DNA of 64,000 nt from Owenia fusiformis (lineage: Eukaryota): contig CAIIXF020000001.1 of the NCBI GenBank assembly GCA_903813345.2, forward strand, positions 34,782,001 to 34,846,000. Direction: 5' to 3'. Shown here in pieces: positions 41,001 through 53,891 of the stretch (its first letter is position 1; the number at the start of each line of letters is the position of its first letter). The notes under the pieces are model-generated. The model ran no database searches, had not been told where the DNA came from, and saw only the letters and a program-made list of their open reading frames with translations. Made by a program: the position numbers and the translations under genes.

Positions 41001-44000
41001 GGATGTACATTGGTATCAATGGGTGGTAAGTATTTAAACATAGCAAACAATTCACAATATATCTGGCACTGGAATACATTGTACATACAATAAAATGAAC
41101 ACAAGTAACATGTCATTTGAATAGTAATAAGCTTTAATGGAGAGTAGTATGGGGCCTTATATTTTGTTTAATTGCTTTCAGGAAAATTTTTGTCAATATG
41201 ATAATACTTCAGGGTGGCAAAAAACGGAAACCCTGCATTTTCCTTATGTCTTAGTCATTTTTAAAAAATTTTCCCTGATATTTAATACATTTGTATATGA
41301 TTCAATTTCTTACCAGCCTACCATATTTCATGACCATCAGACTGATGGTTACAATGTTACAGTACTTTGAACAACATGCGTCAGGTGTGGCCATCATCAC
41401 GATATAGGCAAATCTGCACAAGTTGTCAATGATCTGACTGCATTCCTCAGCAGGTATGGGATGAGTGACATGGATGATCTCCTTTTTGACATTTGCAATT
41501 ATCCTGGGGTCATTCTTGAACAATAATTTGGCTTATCGCCACAGATAGAAGTCGGGTAGGGACATTTTGGACGACATGTGCAGGGTTGCCTAAAATGCAT
41601 TTTGGCCACTGGGCATGTTGTTTAAAGTGCTGTAACATTGTGACTATCAGTCTGATGGTCATGAAATATAGTGGGCTGGTAGAGAATTGAACAATGTACA
41701 AATGTACCAAATATCAGGGATTAATTCCTTAAAGTAACAAAGATTTGAGGGAAATTGCATCAGGGTCTCCTTTTTTACCACCGTGTATTATTGTCTTCTA
41801 TTCTCCAGTACTGTCTTGTAAATTAAAGGAACAAACACTCTTAAATCAAGCTACATGCAAATTTGTTTGATGTTTTTATGATTCAATTTAATTCATCAAA
41901 CCACTAAAAATAAATAAATTGCTATATATGCATTTATTTTATTTTTACAGTTCATTAAAAACTCAAGAAAATATTGATACTATGTGCAGTATACCAAGTG
42001 AAAGGCTCATGATAGAAACAGGTAAGTGTATTCTGTAAAACATTCTCTATTATGGAACAAATTTCAAAGGAACCAAGTTTTATTGACTAACATGTTCATG
42101 AACCTCTTTGTAAGGAACTTTTGTATGCAAGGAACAATTTCACCAGAGTGTTCCCTATACACAGGTTTTACTTTATGGTGATTGAAATACAATGTAAACC
42201 ATATATGCGAGCCATAGGCTTTTTTTGCTGCAAACCCTATACTTTATCTTTGAGAGCTTAGCTCTTGTACTCAATTTTTGAGGAGGGCTTCTACTTTATT
42301 TCCATAGACCAAACCAAATTATGAATAAATTGCACAAGCACGAATAGTTAAGGAGGACATAGTTTATGAACCATTGTTTTTAAAAGGTTCTGGAATATAG
42401 AAGAAGGAATTTGTCACATATTTAGTCCCTCGCTTTTGTTAGGTTGACGATCTTCATGAATATTGTCACATTGGCAATATTCGTGAATATCGTCAACGTA
42501 ACAAAAGCGAGGGACTAAATATTTAAATTGCGTCTTCGTTAATATACCAAACATAGAACCGCCTGCATATTCTCAAACTAGACTATCTTCCTTAACTTTG
42601 AGCTAAATTATTGTCCACAACTTGACTTATAATTGGTATAGAATCGAGAACGATGTCTTACTGAAAACGAAGCCCGGAAGTTCTTCCATCTTGTTACGCT
42701 GACGTATCGTAACTAGGTGAGTACCAGTGACACTTGTATGTGTAAGACTGAGACTAACATAAAAAGTAAGGACAAATTTGTCAGTAGAATAATTTGGGAG
42801 AAAAACACCTGTTTTACTTTAAGTTAGGCCTTATCTTAACATGTATGTATTTTCACCACATTTGGAGATTACAAGTAAAATGGGTATTTAAAATTTACAA
42901 CTCACATATATAGCTTTTTAAACATACAATTTCATTATCGTACCCAATAAAAGGTATGGTATTGTTATCAGTTCCACAGACAGGTGTATGGAAAGTGGGC
43001 AGGAAGTGGCAGTCACTTTCTAATCTGCATTTTTCAAGACAAACAACTTGAACTGATTTGAAATTTTCAGTTGTTTCACTGTATGGAAATCTACAACCTA
43101 TTTGAGTTTAAACATGCTTGGTAGATTAAGATGGATATTGTTTACTTTTAGCTACAATATAATTATAGAGGCTGGGCCATCTTAGACTCTTTGAATTGAA
43201 GGTTGTAGCCATCATAGAAGTAGATGTACCCATTAAACTCTTGAGGCCATATTAGACTCTAATTGTTACTAATTGTTAATATTAGTTGTAGACTATACCA
43301 TTTTCAACTTTGGAGACTGAACCATCTTAGGCTCTGAAGACTGTACCATCTTTGACTCTTGAAACTGATCCCATGTTATATCGAGAGGCTGTACCATCTA
43401 AGGGTCGGAGGCTGTACGGCTTAGACTCATGGAGGCTGTACCACCTTAGACTCGTGGAGGCTGTACTTATCCTAGGCTCTGAATGCTATACCAATCAAAT
43501 GATCTGAAGGATCTACTATCTTGGACTCTGGAGACTGATCCCTATGCTATATCTGGAAGCTGTACCATCTTAGACTCGTGAAGACCGTGCCTATCTTAGC
43601 CTCTGGATGCTATAGCAATCATAGCCTCTGAAGGCTGTATCATTTTAGACTCTGGGGACTGATCCTATGTTATATCTGTATGCCGTACCATCTAAGGGTC
43701 TGGAGGCTGTGCCATCTTAAGACTCATGGAGGCTGTGCCATCTTAAGACTCATGGAGGCTGTACCATCTTAGACTCATGGAGGCTGTACCATCTTAGACT
43801 CATGGAGGCTGTACCATCTTAGACTCATGGAGGCTGTACCCATCCTAGGTTCTGAATGCTATAGCAATCATAGCCTCTGAAAGCTGTGCCATCTTATACT
43901 CTGGAGACTGATCTCATGTTATATCTGGAGGCCCTACCACCTAAGGGTCTGGAGGCTGTACCATCTTAGACTTATGGAGGCTGTACCCATTCTAGGCTCT

Positions 44001-47000
44001 GAATAGCAATCTTAGATTCTGAATGTTGTATCATCTTGGACTCTGGATGCTGAATATATATTACGCTCTAGAGGCTGTATCATATAATTAGATTCTTGAG
44101 ACTGCACAAATCTTATACTCTGGAGGCTGAACCATCTATATACTCTGGACCTTAGGTTCTTCTGAACTATTCTATGGTCTCAGGTTCTACCATATTAGGC
44201 TATTGGATAATATGTTCTGGTATTGAAGCGCACCATATACGCTGTGGGTTGAATCATATTCCTTGTTATAAAATAAGTCTTTTCAGAACATACATGTATG
44301 CACTACACTATTTGCATTTATTATGCTCTGTTACTATTGTAGCGACCAGGGGCCCGACATTTGTAATTTATCGCCAGTATGGCAAAGGGACCTGGTCGAT
44401 ATTGTACTTCATTATATTTTACTTACTGAAAATAGTGTTTTTACAAATCCTTGGTTAAAATACTTCCGGTCTCGTTTAAAATCTCGTTTCAAATCTCGTG
44501 AGACTCGAGATTGAAGATCACATGATCATTAGCCCGCGAACATAGTTCGAGGTAGTATATTTGCAACTTGCTGAGGGACGGACGTGCTCCCATCATGGCT
44601 TCAACTTCAACAGCTGAAACTTGGGTAGGCCTAAATAATTACATTCTTTCATACATTCGGTGGCTTCATAGTTACTTCATTTATTTATGGTCATCTACGT
44701 AATGTGAACTTCATTTAGAAAATCATTGGAATTTCTAGCGTTTGGAGTCTACCATTTCAAATTGCATACAATTTTATAACCCAGTATTTTATTCAATTCA
44801 TTATACCACGTTGCAAGTATACTCCCCCTTCTATTTATACTCGTATACCTTATATAGGAGGTTATTTATAACTTTGAATACATTTTCGGCTGCAGTGTTC
44901 AGGTGTTTAGGCAATGTTTAGTCACTATTGATAAACCATTTTAGGTTTCCAGGTTATATTTCAAGCCTATGTTTTATTATGCCTTCTGGCGGGTAATTAT
45001 GCCTTTTGGCGGGTAATTATGGTTTTTGGCGGGAAAATACTACCCTTTGGCGGGCAATTACACCTTTTTGGCGGGAAAACTTTACCTGCTTTGTCAACCA
45101 TGTTTGAGGGTACAAATCTTTACTGTTTTTATGGACGTATTATTTCAAAAGCTTATGGGTAAAAGCCTTATAATTTTTGGGGAGAAATTCCTTGCAGTGA
45201 GTTGAGTTGTGTTTTTGTGGATAAATTCCTTCATTATGGGTACATTTTATAGATAAAACCCTCCCCAATTGAAAAAAGCCTATGGAAAATCATCTCCAAT
45301 TATCACCTAACTTACTATTGATAATTAGTTGAAAGTTAGGTGTAAAAATTCACATGCAAATGAGCTAATTATCAACTTAATTAACGCTTAATTTGCAACT
45401 TAATTAACGATTAACTACCATCAATATGCAAATGAGCTATTTACGTTAATTAGTTGAAAGTTAGTTGTAAGTTTGATGTAAGTTAATCTCTAATTATCAC
45501 CTAACTTACTATTGATAATTAGTTGAAAGTTAGGTTAAAGTCAGATTTGTGACATCTCAAAAATGAATCGCTTCTTTTTTGCTTCCCTTCACTCGGAGAT
45601 TTTTGCTTCATCTTGAACTATTTTGTGACGGAATATTCATCTTAATTCAACTTGAACTATTGAAATTTCACAGCAAGAGGAGGGAAAACCCCATGATTCA
45701 ATTGATGACATAAGATTTCCTCCTTCGCACACCTTCTTTTGTCGAAAACGTACCCTCCATCTTGGTTTTTAAAGTTTTCAAATTGACCTAGATTTAAACC
45801 AATCAACGATCGACTCGCTAAACCAATCAGCGACGATGTCATCTCAATACAGATTTACATTATAAGCGTATGTCATCTTTGAACCCTGGGGTTTCTCCCC
45901 CTCTTTTTTAATTCTATTTTGCAAATTTTTAAGATTCATGAAAAGCATGTGAAGACATCATTATTGCCATCAATAACTAAAATCAGAACACAAACATTAG
46001 ACTATAATGTTACATAATAAGGACGTAACAGATATAATCAAAAATATGTTTTGAAATGTCTTTGATCTAACAATCATTATTTAGAAGAGCACATTTGGAT
46101 TACTTGTGAAATATAGATAACCCATGTTAGTACCTAAATTGCATTCTAGGATTAATATTATATGATCTGATTCAAAAATTTTTAAATTCATAAACAATTT
46201 AGACAGAAGTGTGAATAAGATTTAACATACATTGTATTCATGTTCTACATACCCTTATGATAATGTTGACCAAATTTCATGGTAGTATACGCACCATTCA
46301 CGTTGTAATTCTCAATTTTATGAGAGAAATATCTCTCACATGTTTTCTTTTTCCACCATTTTGAAATTAAATTTAGGGGGTTTGTATTTCTAAATCATGG
46401 GCCTAATTTACGACTAATTATCATTAAAATCATCCTATATGTTAACTATCAACCAATAATCTACTTCAGACCAAAAATGTTTTAATTTACCACTAACTAT
46501 CACCCTCAAACATTTCATATCTTAATTATCAACTAAAAATCATAAATCAGCATTATTGTAAGTTAATTTACGTTGAACTTGCTACTGATAATTAGGCCAT
46601 AATTATCATTGATTTAATTAACGCTTAACTTTAATTCCAATTGCCAGCAGAATTGTTGATAATTAGTTGTAAATTAGTTGGTAATAAGTTGGTAATTAGT
46701 TTTATTTTTCAATTGGGTCATGTTTTGGTTGGAAATCCTTTCACATTAGACATGGGAATTCACCGTTTTGGGATGGAAAATTACTCATATTTTTGAAAAG
46801 GGAAAACGTTCATCTAACATTTACAATTGTTATTGAGTAAACAGGGATGGTAATATGTCATATTCCTAAGGTGTTATTGACCACTTTCATCAGCCACGTT
46901 TTATGGTAACTGAATTATTATGGCATTTTTAATTCTTTGGAAATTTGGGACCATTTCATTTTCCCGCCATTTTTGTAAGCCATTTACTGGGTAAAATCTG

Positions 47001-50000
47001 GGACCATTTCATTTTCCCGCCATTTTTGTAAGCCATTTACTGGGTAAAATCTGGGACCATTTCAAGTTCCCGCCATTTTTGTAAGCCATTTACTGGGTAA
47101 AATCTGGGACCATTTCAAGTTCCCGCCATTTTTGTAAGCCATTTACTGGGTAAAATCTGGGACCATTTCAAGTTCCCGCCATTTTTGCAAGCCATTCACT
47201 GGGTAAAATCTGGGACCATTTCAAGTTCCCGCCATTTTTGTAAGCCATTCACTTGGTAAAATCTGGGACCATTTCAAGTTCACGCCATTTTTGTTAGCCG
47301 TTTATTGGGTAAAATCTAGTGTCATTTCAAATTACCGCCATTTCTATAAGCTCTTTAACAAGGGAAATATTTGGTATAATTTCAAATTCCCGCCATTTTT
47401 ACTGGCCATCTTTTGGATAATTTATTACAACATTTCTCTCGGCCATTTTTACTGGACATCTATTGGGAAAATTAATATCACTCCTTTACCACAATTTCTT
47501 ATTGGACACATTTTGAGAAAACTTTTACTTTTAAGAAACTTCAATATAAATGGTTTAGTTTCTACTCAAACATAACAATTTCTGTACATATTTAGTTCAA
47601 CATGATCATATCATACTGTAGAACACACATATTTTAAACCGCTATTATCACTAGTGATTATTTTACTTCGTTCATTTCACATGTACTTATGTTCGTTCAT
47701 GTCACATGTACTTATGTTCATTCATTAGAGATCATCCATTAAGGATGACATGTACATAGTCCACTTATGATCATCCATTAAGGATGACATGTACATAGTC
47801 CACTTATGCTCATCCATTAGGAGTAACATGTACTTAGTAATTTTACATTCATCCATTAAGGATGACATGCACTTAGCCCTTTTACATTCATCCATTAAGG
47901 ATGACATGCACTTACCATTTTACACTCATCCATTAAGGATGATAACTACTTAGTCATTTTACAATCATCCTTCAAGGACGAGAAACACTTAATCCTAGTC
48001 CACTTTTGTTCATCCATTAAGGATGACACGAACTTAGCCCTTTTTATATTCATCCGTTAAGGATGACAACTACTTCATTCATTTGTGTTCATCCATTAGT
48101 GATGACAATTACTTGATCTAGTTATTTACATCTATTACGAATTATAACTACTTGATTATGTTATGTAAATCCATAAAGGATATCATTTCAACTTGGATCC
48201 ATTCATTTCCATATAAGTTTATCCATAAAGGATGACTTATTTTGTACTTTTATTCATTTGGTATGACCATGACTTTTGATACTTGCCATTTATAACAGGG
48301 ACTATTTTTCATCAGGTGGTATCCATAAAGGATAACCATTTGTTTACATTAATAAATACAATTATTGCTAACACCTTTTAATATAATAATAATAATCTAC
48401 ATGTGAAATAAATACATTATTTTAACTTTACCATACTTATTATGTATTTTCATTAATTAGGCATAACACAAGAGGTATTCCTTCCTTTAACAACATTTTA
48501 TTGACCACTCCACTGTTACTTATAAGCCAGGGTTGTTACACTATGGCAACCCCTTGACCAATCATGTACAGACTCACCATATTAAAGAATAACATCAGTA
48601 TCCATGAGCTCTATAAATATAACTGCGACTGAATTTGTAAAAATAACTGTTTTAGCAAATTATCAATGAAAAGTGCCACACCCACTTTTGAGTAGATAGA
48701 GAGCTAATAGAGTAGAGTCCAGAGTCAAAGATATAATATAATTCATCATATTTATCATGTTATCTTGTTAAACACCCCCCAAATATGTTTTAGGGTACAT
48801 TAATGTTCATTTTCAAATGATTTGAAGAGAAATTGCAACATCTGTTATTATAAGAAGCTTCGGATTTACCTGAAATATAAAAGATTTTGAGCAATTAAAT
48901 TGTGTTGCTATGGTAACCAATTGACCAATTAATGTCAAAATTGTTGTGACAACTCACTATACATAGGTGCATGATCCCCGAAGATTTTATAGTGATTGGA
49001 GTTATAAAACAGAAATCATTAATGATTATAATAGTACCCCCTCATAAAATTACCCCAAGGGGTATAAATGGTGATTTTAAGGTTGTCCACTACTTAGATT
49101 TTTGATATGTTGTTTTACATACCAGTGGCTATTGATTACACTAGGTTTACTCTGTATTGCAATGTTTTCATTTATTTGTGAATATTCACAACGGTTTTAC
49201 TGGAGTACTGCATTATGATGAGCATGCCAAGTGTGTCCAATTTCTCATTCTCCAAGCAGTTCATGTTCAGTGTATTGAGCTTCCTTTCTGCAAAATCTCA
49301 CTTTCATCTTTACATCTTGTCATGTCTTGAAATGACATCAAATACTATTTTCTGTACCTGAAATGCTAAAGTAAGCACCTTGTTTGAAATTGAAATATAA
49401 TGTCAGTATGGCAATTCACATTTTGGCCATTTTAACGATTACAAAATGCAAATATTGCAAAATAAGCAAATGAGGTATTAGCTAAACGAGCTATACAAAC
49501 ATGTATATTTGGCATACTTTTTTATGTCCCCACCACATAGTGTGGGGCCATATTGTCGGCCTAGGCGCGTCCGTCCGTACGTCCGTCCGTCCGTCTGTCC
49601 GTACGTCCGGGAGTTTTCTCCAAAACCGCTACAGTTATCACCTTCAAATTTTCAGGGATAACTTATGAGTGCATACAGATGTGGATGAAAAATTTTTAAC
49701 TCAATACCTACTTCCTGTCGGCCATTTTGAAGTCAAATGCTAAAATCCTTGTCTGCAAACTTTAAGAAAAACGGCTTCACAGTTGCTTTTAAAACTTTAA
49801 CATCTTGTTCAGCTCACTTCATTCTAGATCTGATTAGGTTTTGGACCTGTTAGCTCAGTCATGTCAGCCATTTTGAATGTCTTAAGAAAAGTTAGCGCAC
49901 GATAATACTTTGTATCATATTGAATGGTGTTTTTGAGTTTTCATACTTTAACTATTTAGTAGCTTTATAAATAATTTCAGATCTACTTTGTTGTAAAAGC

Positions 50001-52793
50001 CTATGTTATTGTTAACAGTAGTAATATGTGATAATTTTGTTAGAAGAAATCAGCAAAAACACATAATCACTTTTTTATTGTCGGCCATTTTGGATTTTTC
50101 CGTCCTAAAATCTTGTCTGTGAAGTCTTGTCTACATGTTTTCAGGTGAACCGTTTGGTGGATCAATTTCAAATTTTCAGGGATGATTCTTAGTATAAAAA
50201 TCTAGATCTGATTTGTTTTTTGGCATTCTGGGTAAATGTCAAGGCAGCCATTTTCGATTTTCCGTCCTAAAATCTTGTCTGTAAAGTCTTGTCTACGCGT
50301 TTTCAGGTGAACCGTTTGGTAGATCAATTTCAAATTTTCAGAGATGATTCTTAGTATGAAAATGTAGAACTGATTAGTTTTTTGGCATTCTGGGCAAATG
50401 TCAAGGCAGCCATTTTGGATTTTCTGTCCTAAAATCTTGTCTGTAAAGTCTTGTCTATGCATTTCCAGGTGAATCGTTCTGTAGATCAATTTCAAATTTT
50501 TAGGGATGATTCTTAGTATGAAAATCTAGATCTGATTAGTTTTTTGGCATTCTGGATAAATGTCAAGGCAGCCATTTTGGATTTTCCGTCTTAAAATCTT
50601 GCCTGTAAAGTCTTGTCTACGCGTTTTCAGGTGAACCGTTTTGTAGATCAATTTCAAATTTTCAGAGATGATTCTTAGTATGAAAATGTAGAACTGATTA
50701 GTTTTTTGGCATTCTGGGCAAATGTCAAGGCAGCCATTTTGGATTTTCTGTCCTAAAATCTTGTCTGTAAAGTCTTGTCTATGCATTTCCAGGTGAACCG
50801 TTCTGTAGATCAATTTCAAATTTTTAGGGATGATTCTTAGTATGAAAATCTAGATCTGATTAGTTTTTTCGAGGTCTCCTCTGCCGAAGGCAGCGCTAAG
50901 TAGGAGCGTAGCGACTACTTTGCGGGAGACCTCAAACCATTGATCACGTTTGCTCCTGTAATTATTCACTTCTTCACCTCTTTAAAATGTGATTTCAATC
51001 AGTTGATCAAATTTTCGGACTTTGACCTCAAATTCAAATATTAATATTTATAAGAAAAAATACTGACTCATTGATATATTTTTAATAGTCTTTTAAATAA
51101 AGTGAAATGAAGCCAAAATCAGCTAAAATTATGCAATGTCGTAAAATGGCGTGACTGGAATATGATGCAATCACCCGTGACGTCAGACACGTATTGCCAC
51201 ATCAACAACTAAACAAACAATTAATATAGACTTCACTGATTGGTTTAAAGATTCTTCGCATCATTTGTGACGTCATTAACATGTTACCCAACCAACAACT
51301 AAACAAATAACAAATAGGCATATAGTGTTCAGTGTCACGCTCTTGAATCAGTTATAAACAGGGATAATCAACAGATATATGAGAGGGTCAGGCATTTTTT
51401 TGACTTGGAGACCTCGACTCGAGGAGTTTGCTGCATTTTCTTGTTTGGCATTCTGGATAAATGTCAAGGCAGCCATTTTGGATTTTCCGTCTTGAAATCT
51501 TGCCTGTAAAGTCTTGTCTACACATTTTTAGGTGGACCGTTTGGTAGATCAATTTCAAATTTTCAGGGATGATTCTTAGTGTGAAAATCTACATCTGATT
51601 AGTTTTTTGGCATTCTGTGTAAATGTCATGGCAGCCATTTTGGATTTTCTGTCCTAAAATCTTGTCTGTAAAGTCTTGTCTACGCGTTTTCAGTTGAACC
51701 ATTTGGTAGATCAATGTCATATTTTCAGGGATGATTCTTAGTATGACAATCTAGGAACAGATTAGTTTTTTGACATTCTGGGTAAATGTCAAGGCAGCCA
51801 TTTTGGATTTTCCATCCTAAAATCTTGTCTGTAAAGTCTTGTTTACATGTTTTCTAGTTAACTGTGTGACGGATCAATTAAAATTGTGTTGGTAAAGTCT
51901 TGTCTACTCATTTTCAGGATAACCATTTGATGGGATCACCCATTGGTGGGGACATTTTGTACACATTTTCTTTAATTCTGTTCTGCATTTCAGACGCACC
52001 ATGGTGTGAGATCCGACCTACACATGCAGGCTCTAAATACATCAAGACAAAGTTTCAGTCAAAGAAAAAAGAAAAATGGGAGTCTGGATTGTGTGTCAAG
52101 AGTAGGAATGAACCTGCAATGATAGTGTAAGTCTACCTAAAAGGATATTACCATACTGCCCCATCACATTTGTTTAATATTTTTTAAAAAAGAACTTGAC
52201 TTTGATTCTTAAAAGAAAGCTTCTACTACAGTTAGTTTGTAACTAGACTTTGCACTCAAAAGTACATTGTATACATGTGTACTATAGTATAGTGTACTGT
52301 AGAATCCTTTGATAATGGTTATCAAGTTGTTAGGTCTGATAATTAATTTGAATTTACATGTAGAGTTAAGGAACTTACTGGTATTATTTTTTATAATATT
52401 ATTGAATATAGCATTTATTCAAGAAGTGACTGAAGTTGGCACAAAACACATGCGACAATGTCTGAGACACGGGATCTGAAAGGCATCCTCAAACACAGCA
52501 CAGAGAGTACTGTATAATACCATTATAATATCAGGACAATAATAGATTATGTCACCATCAGTAGTGGTGAAATATTGTTATAGTCTCCTAGTTTGTTGTG
52601 GATGGTGTTTGGCGTTTGTAACAAATGACAGGTGGTGACATTGTTTATGTTTATCTATCTCACACATCTGATAATGTTATTGTTTCATTACAGGCAAGTA
52701 CTTGAAGTGATGGCTGGGGCAAGACAAGAGGACTATAGTGAACTAGCACAAACTATATATAATAACACAGACAAAGTGTTTTTTGGATCTTGA
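29027..52793 (+). CDS. TATDN1: TatD-family nuclease TATDN1, 12 exons, 309 aa (297 aa from the second in-frame ATG at 29063)
   Basis: Exons 29027/29063-29078 (MGRFI), 37005-37025 (DIGVNLT), 37645-37689 ([15 protein letters not shown]), 38305-38354, 38496-38559 (MVITGGSL), 38754-38900 ([10 protein letters not shown]...VVAVGECGL), 39401-39443 ([10 protein letters not shown]), 39931-40057 (LPMFLHSRN), 40949-41025 (VHSFDG...YIGING), 41951-42021 (LMIET), 51994-52126 (DAPWC...RNEP), 52694-52793 (TGA). All GT-AG with an open frame throughout. Confidence 0.95.
29231..31345. mobile_element. 2.1-kb nested palindrome (two inverted TIR elements with ~39-bp tandem arrays)
   Basis: Arm 29231-30266 is the reverse complement of 30536-31345; each arm itself ends in tatct(a/g)ttgcaagact...agtcttgcaa(t/c)agata. 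A further partial copy is at 2955-3300. Confidence 0.9.
31684..33565. mobile_element. piggyBac-like non-autonomous element (TTAA TSD)
   Basis: ttaa|ctccttaacgcctgatc ... gattaggcatgacggag|ttaa (13 of 17 TIR match). Confidence 0.55.
34178..34203. mobile_element. 26-bp minimal derivative of the 12741 MITE family
   Basis: gtcaaaac|ttatcccgtaccaggacacgggataa|gtcaaaac, with a perfect 8-bp TSD. Confidence 0.8.
34550..36166 (+). mobile_element. HINE family A copy with about seven 135-bp core repeats
   Basis: Same termini as 1475-2290. Inserted into a T run of an older foldback element; the empty site gcttattttttaaattcaaag can be reconstructed from 34226-34260. Confidence 0.85.
36300..36800. mobile_element. 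Degenerate foldback element
   Basis: aaactttttgcaagggtcaa pairs with ttgacccttgcaaaaagttt; agtgcagttatatgaaatactgtg pairs with cacagtattttatataactgcact. Confidence 0.65.
38884..39210 (+). repeat. ~21-22-bp minisatellite built from the TATDN1 exon 6 splice donor
   Basis: Repeated variants of tggtcttggtgagtga starting at the true donor (38900|38901). Confidence 0.8.
40074..40477. mobile_element. MITE with ~40-bp TIRs starting 17 nt into TATDN1 intron 8
   Basis: cgggtcaaaacattgatgtccgtcaaaaaac pairs with gttttttgatggacatcaatgttttgacccg. Confidence 0.75.
40741..40960 (+). repeat. 30-bp minisatellite built from the TATDN1 exon 9 splice acceptor
   Basis: Seven units of tcactaatttgtcatttctattgtataggt; the last one contains the true acceptor (40948|40949). 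Decayed copies extend to about 40540. Confidence 0.9.
41208..41787. mobile_element. Degenerate Tc1/mariner-type foldback MITE
   Basis: cagggtggcaaaaa...tttttaccaccgtgta ends; internal arms tttcatgaccatcagactgat / atcagtctgatggtcatgaaa. Confidence 0.65.
42418..42729. mobile_element. Diverged partial copy of the 17450 palindromic MITE
   Basis: Shares the central hairpin atttagtccctcgcttt...aaagcgagggactaaat and ttctcaaactagactatcttccttaactt; ends accagtg. Confidence 0.8.
43165..44160. repeat. 25-bp minisatellite
   Basis: Unit ggaggctgtaccatcttagactcat; near-perfect copies at 43700-43840, decaying on both sides. Confidence 0.9.
45264..46717. mobile_element. EnSpm/CACTA-type non-autonomous element (CCCA termini, 2-bp TSD)
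   Basis: tc|cccaattgaaaaa ... tttttcaattggg|tc; many aattatca/tgataatt subterminal repeats. Confidence 0.75.
46947..47400. repeat. 53-bp tandem array (7 near-perfect units plus decayed copies)
   Basis: gggacc at 46947, 47000, 47053, 47106, 47159, 47212 and 47265. Confidence 0.95.
47690..48340. repeat. ~39-bp tandem array with a tcatcc-attaa-ggatga hairpin in each unit
   Basis: Repeated tcatccattaaggatgac. Confidence 0.9.
49521..51960 (+). mobile_element. HINE-like element family C carrying a 162-bp satellite array
   Basis: Subterminal IR atgtccccacca ... tggtggggacat, (CGTC)n microsatellite, 162-bp units from about 50085 to 51880. Ends about 35 bp before the TATDN1 exon 11 acceptor. Confidence 0.75.
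50868..51445 (+). mobile_element. HINE-like element family D nested in the 162-bp array
   Basis: IR cgaggtctcc ... ggagacctcg, internal 5' hairpin, 3' end cttgttt. Interrupts the T run of gattagttttt|tggcattc in a satellite unit. Confidence 0.7.
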
Positions 52794-52826
52794 TAAAGTG
52801 GAAATCATTGAGGGTTGATTTGAATG

Positions 52827-52846
52827 AATAAATGCAGAAAAATAAA
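52827..52846 (+). terminator. Candidate polyadenylation signals of TATDN1
   Basis: Two AATAAA hexamers 34 and 48 nt after the stop codon, followed by a GT-rich stretch. Confidence 0.45.
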
Positions 52847-53891
52847 TGTCCAGTGTTTTGTGTGATGCAATAGAAATGAGTAGTGTAAGATGGATACATT
52901 GATTTTCATGACATTGTTATTATTTAATGCTCATAAAGGATGGTTGTGAATGCAGTCACGTACATGTACGCAAAGTACACACGCAGAGTACGCACATGGG
53001 TACACTCAATGAAATATTTGTATTGTATCAATAATAAAATTGAAGTAGATTCTTTTCTTATTTGTTCAATAATTGCACATTTGATTTCGTTGTGGATAGG
53101 TGTAAAATAAACAAGAGAAATGTCTACAATTTAGATATGTGTTAAGAGGAGTGCCCAGTCATGTACACACAAACTTCCACTGTACATGTACATTCAAATA
53201 ATATACGATTTTAACATAAATCAAGGGTTTCATAACAAAGAAGCAATTAACCAAAAGTAGCCAACCCTTTTGAGAAATCAGTTTGAGAGAAAGAGGTGCA
53301 AGACAGGGCCTTGTTGCAAGACTATTTAAACAATAATACCCTTACAGTGCTTCTCAATCCACTGAATCTACTGCCATAAAATCTTAGAATTAATGCACTT
53401 AACACGTGCCTCTATTAAGTAATGCTACTCAAGGCATAATATGAACTTGAATATAATTCTTAAGTTTATTGACAACTTTGCATTTGTTTGCTATCATTAA
53501 TAGCCAAATCTACCAACAAAAGGAAATAAAAGCCAGAGAGGAAAAGGAAACCGGTGTCACATACTCCTATATATCACAAGCCCTTCCAAAGTCCATAGCA
53601 CTCCTACTTTTCCTGGTTGGCCAAACAGTGTAAATACCATGGAATCAAGTGAATAAATCTGCTATCTGAGGCTCAAAGACATTAGCTCAAGGGACAAAGG
53701 TGAAGAATATACTTGTACAACATGATTTTGGCAGAAAGTCTGATTATATAATAATGAATGTCCTCATATCATATATTCAAGCTGTAGGTGCCAGGTTTAT
53801 TCAGTTTTGATATCTTTGAAGTATTATGCTAATTAGTTTACTTGCCAAGCATCCTTTCTACATATTTAACTAACAATTAATTAATGAACAA

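Larger units (their letters stand above)
44338..48540 (+). mobile_element. TG...CA element with a 4-bp TSD (large solo LTR or Ginger-like)
   Basis: ctat|tgtagcgacc ... ggttgttaca|ctat; AATAAA motifs at 48350-48412; three internal tandem arrays. Confidence 0.65.

Noticed and set aside
46947..47400. CRISPR-like array
   Set aside because: Units are contiguous without unique spacers, there are no cas genes, and the context is a eukaryotic intron.
50202..50819. Duplicated 97-aa ORFs
   Set aside because: Reflect the 324-bp period of the satellite array.
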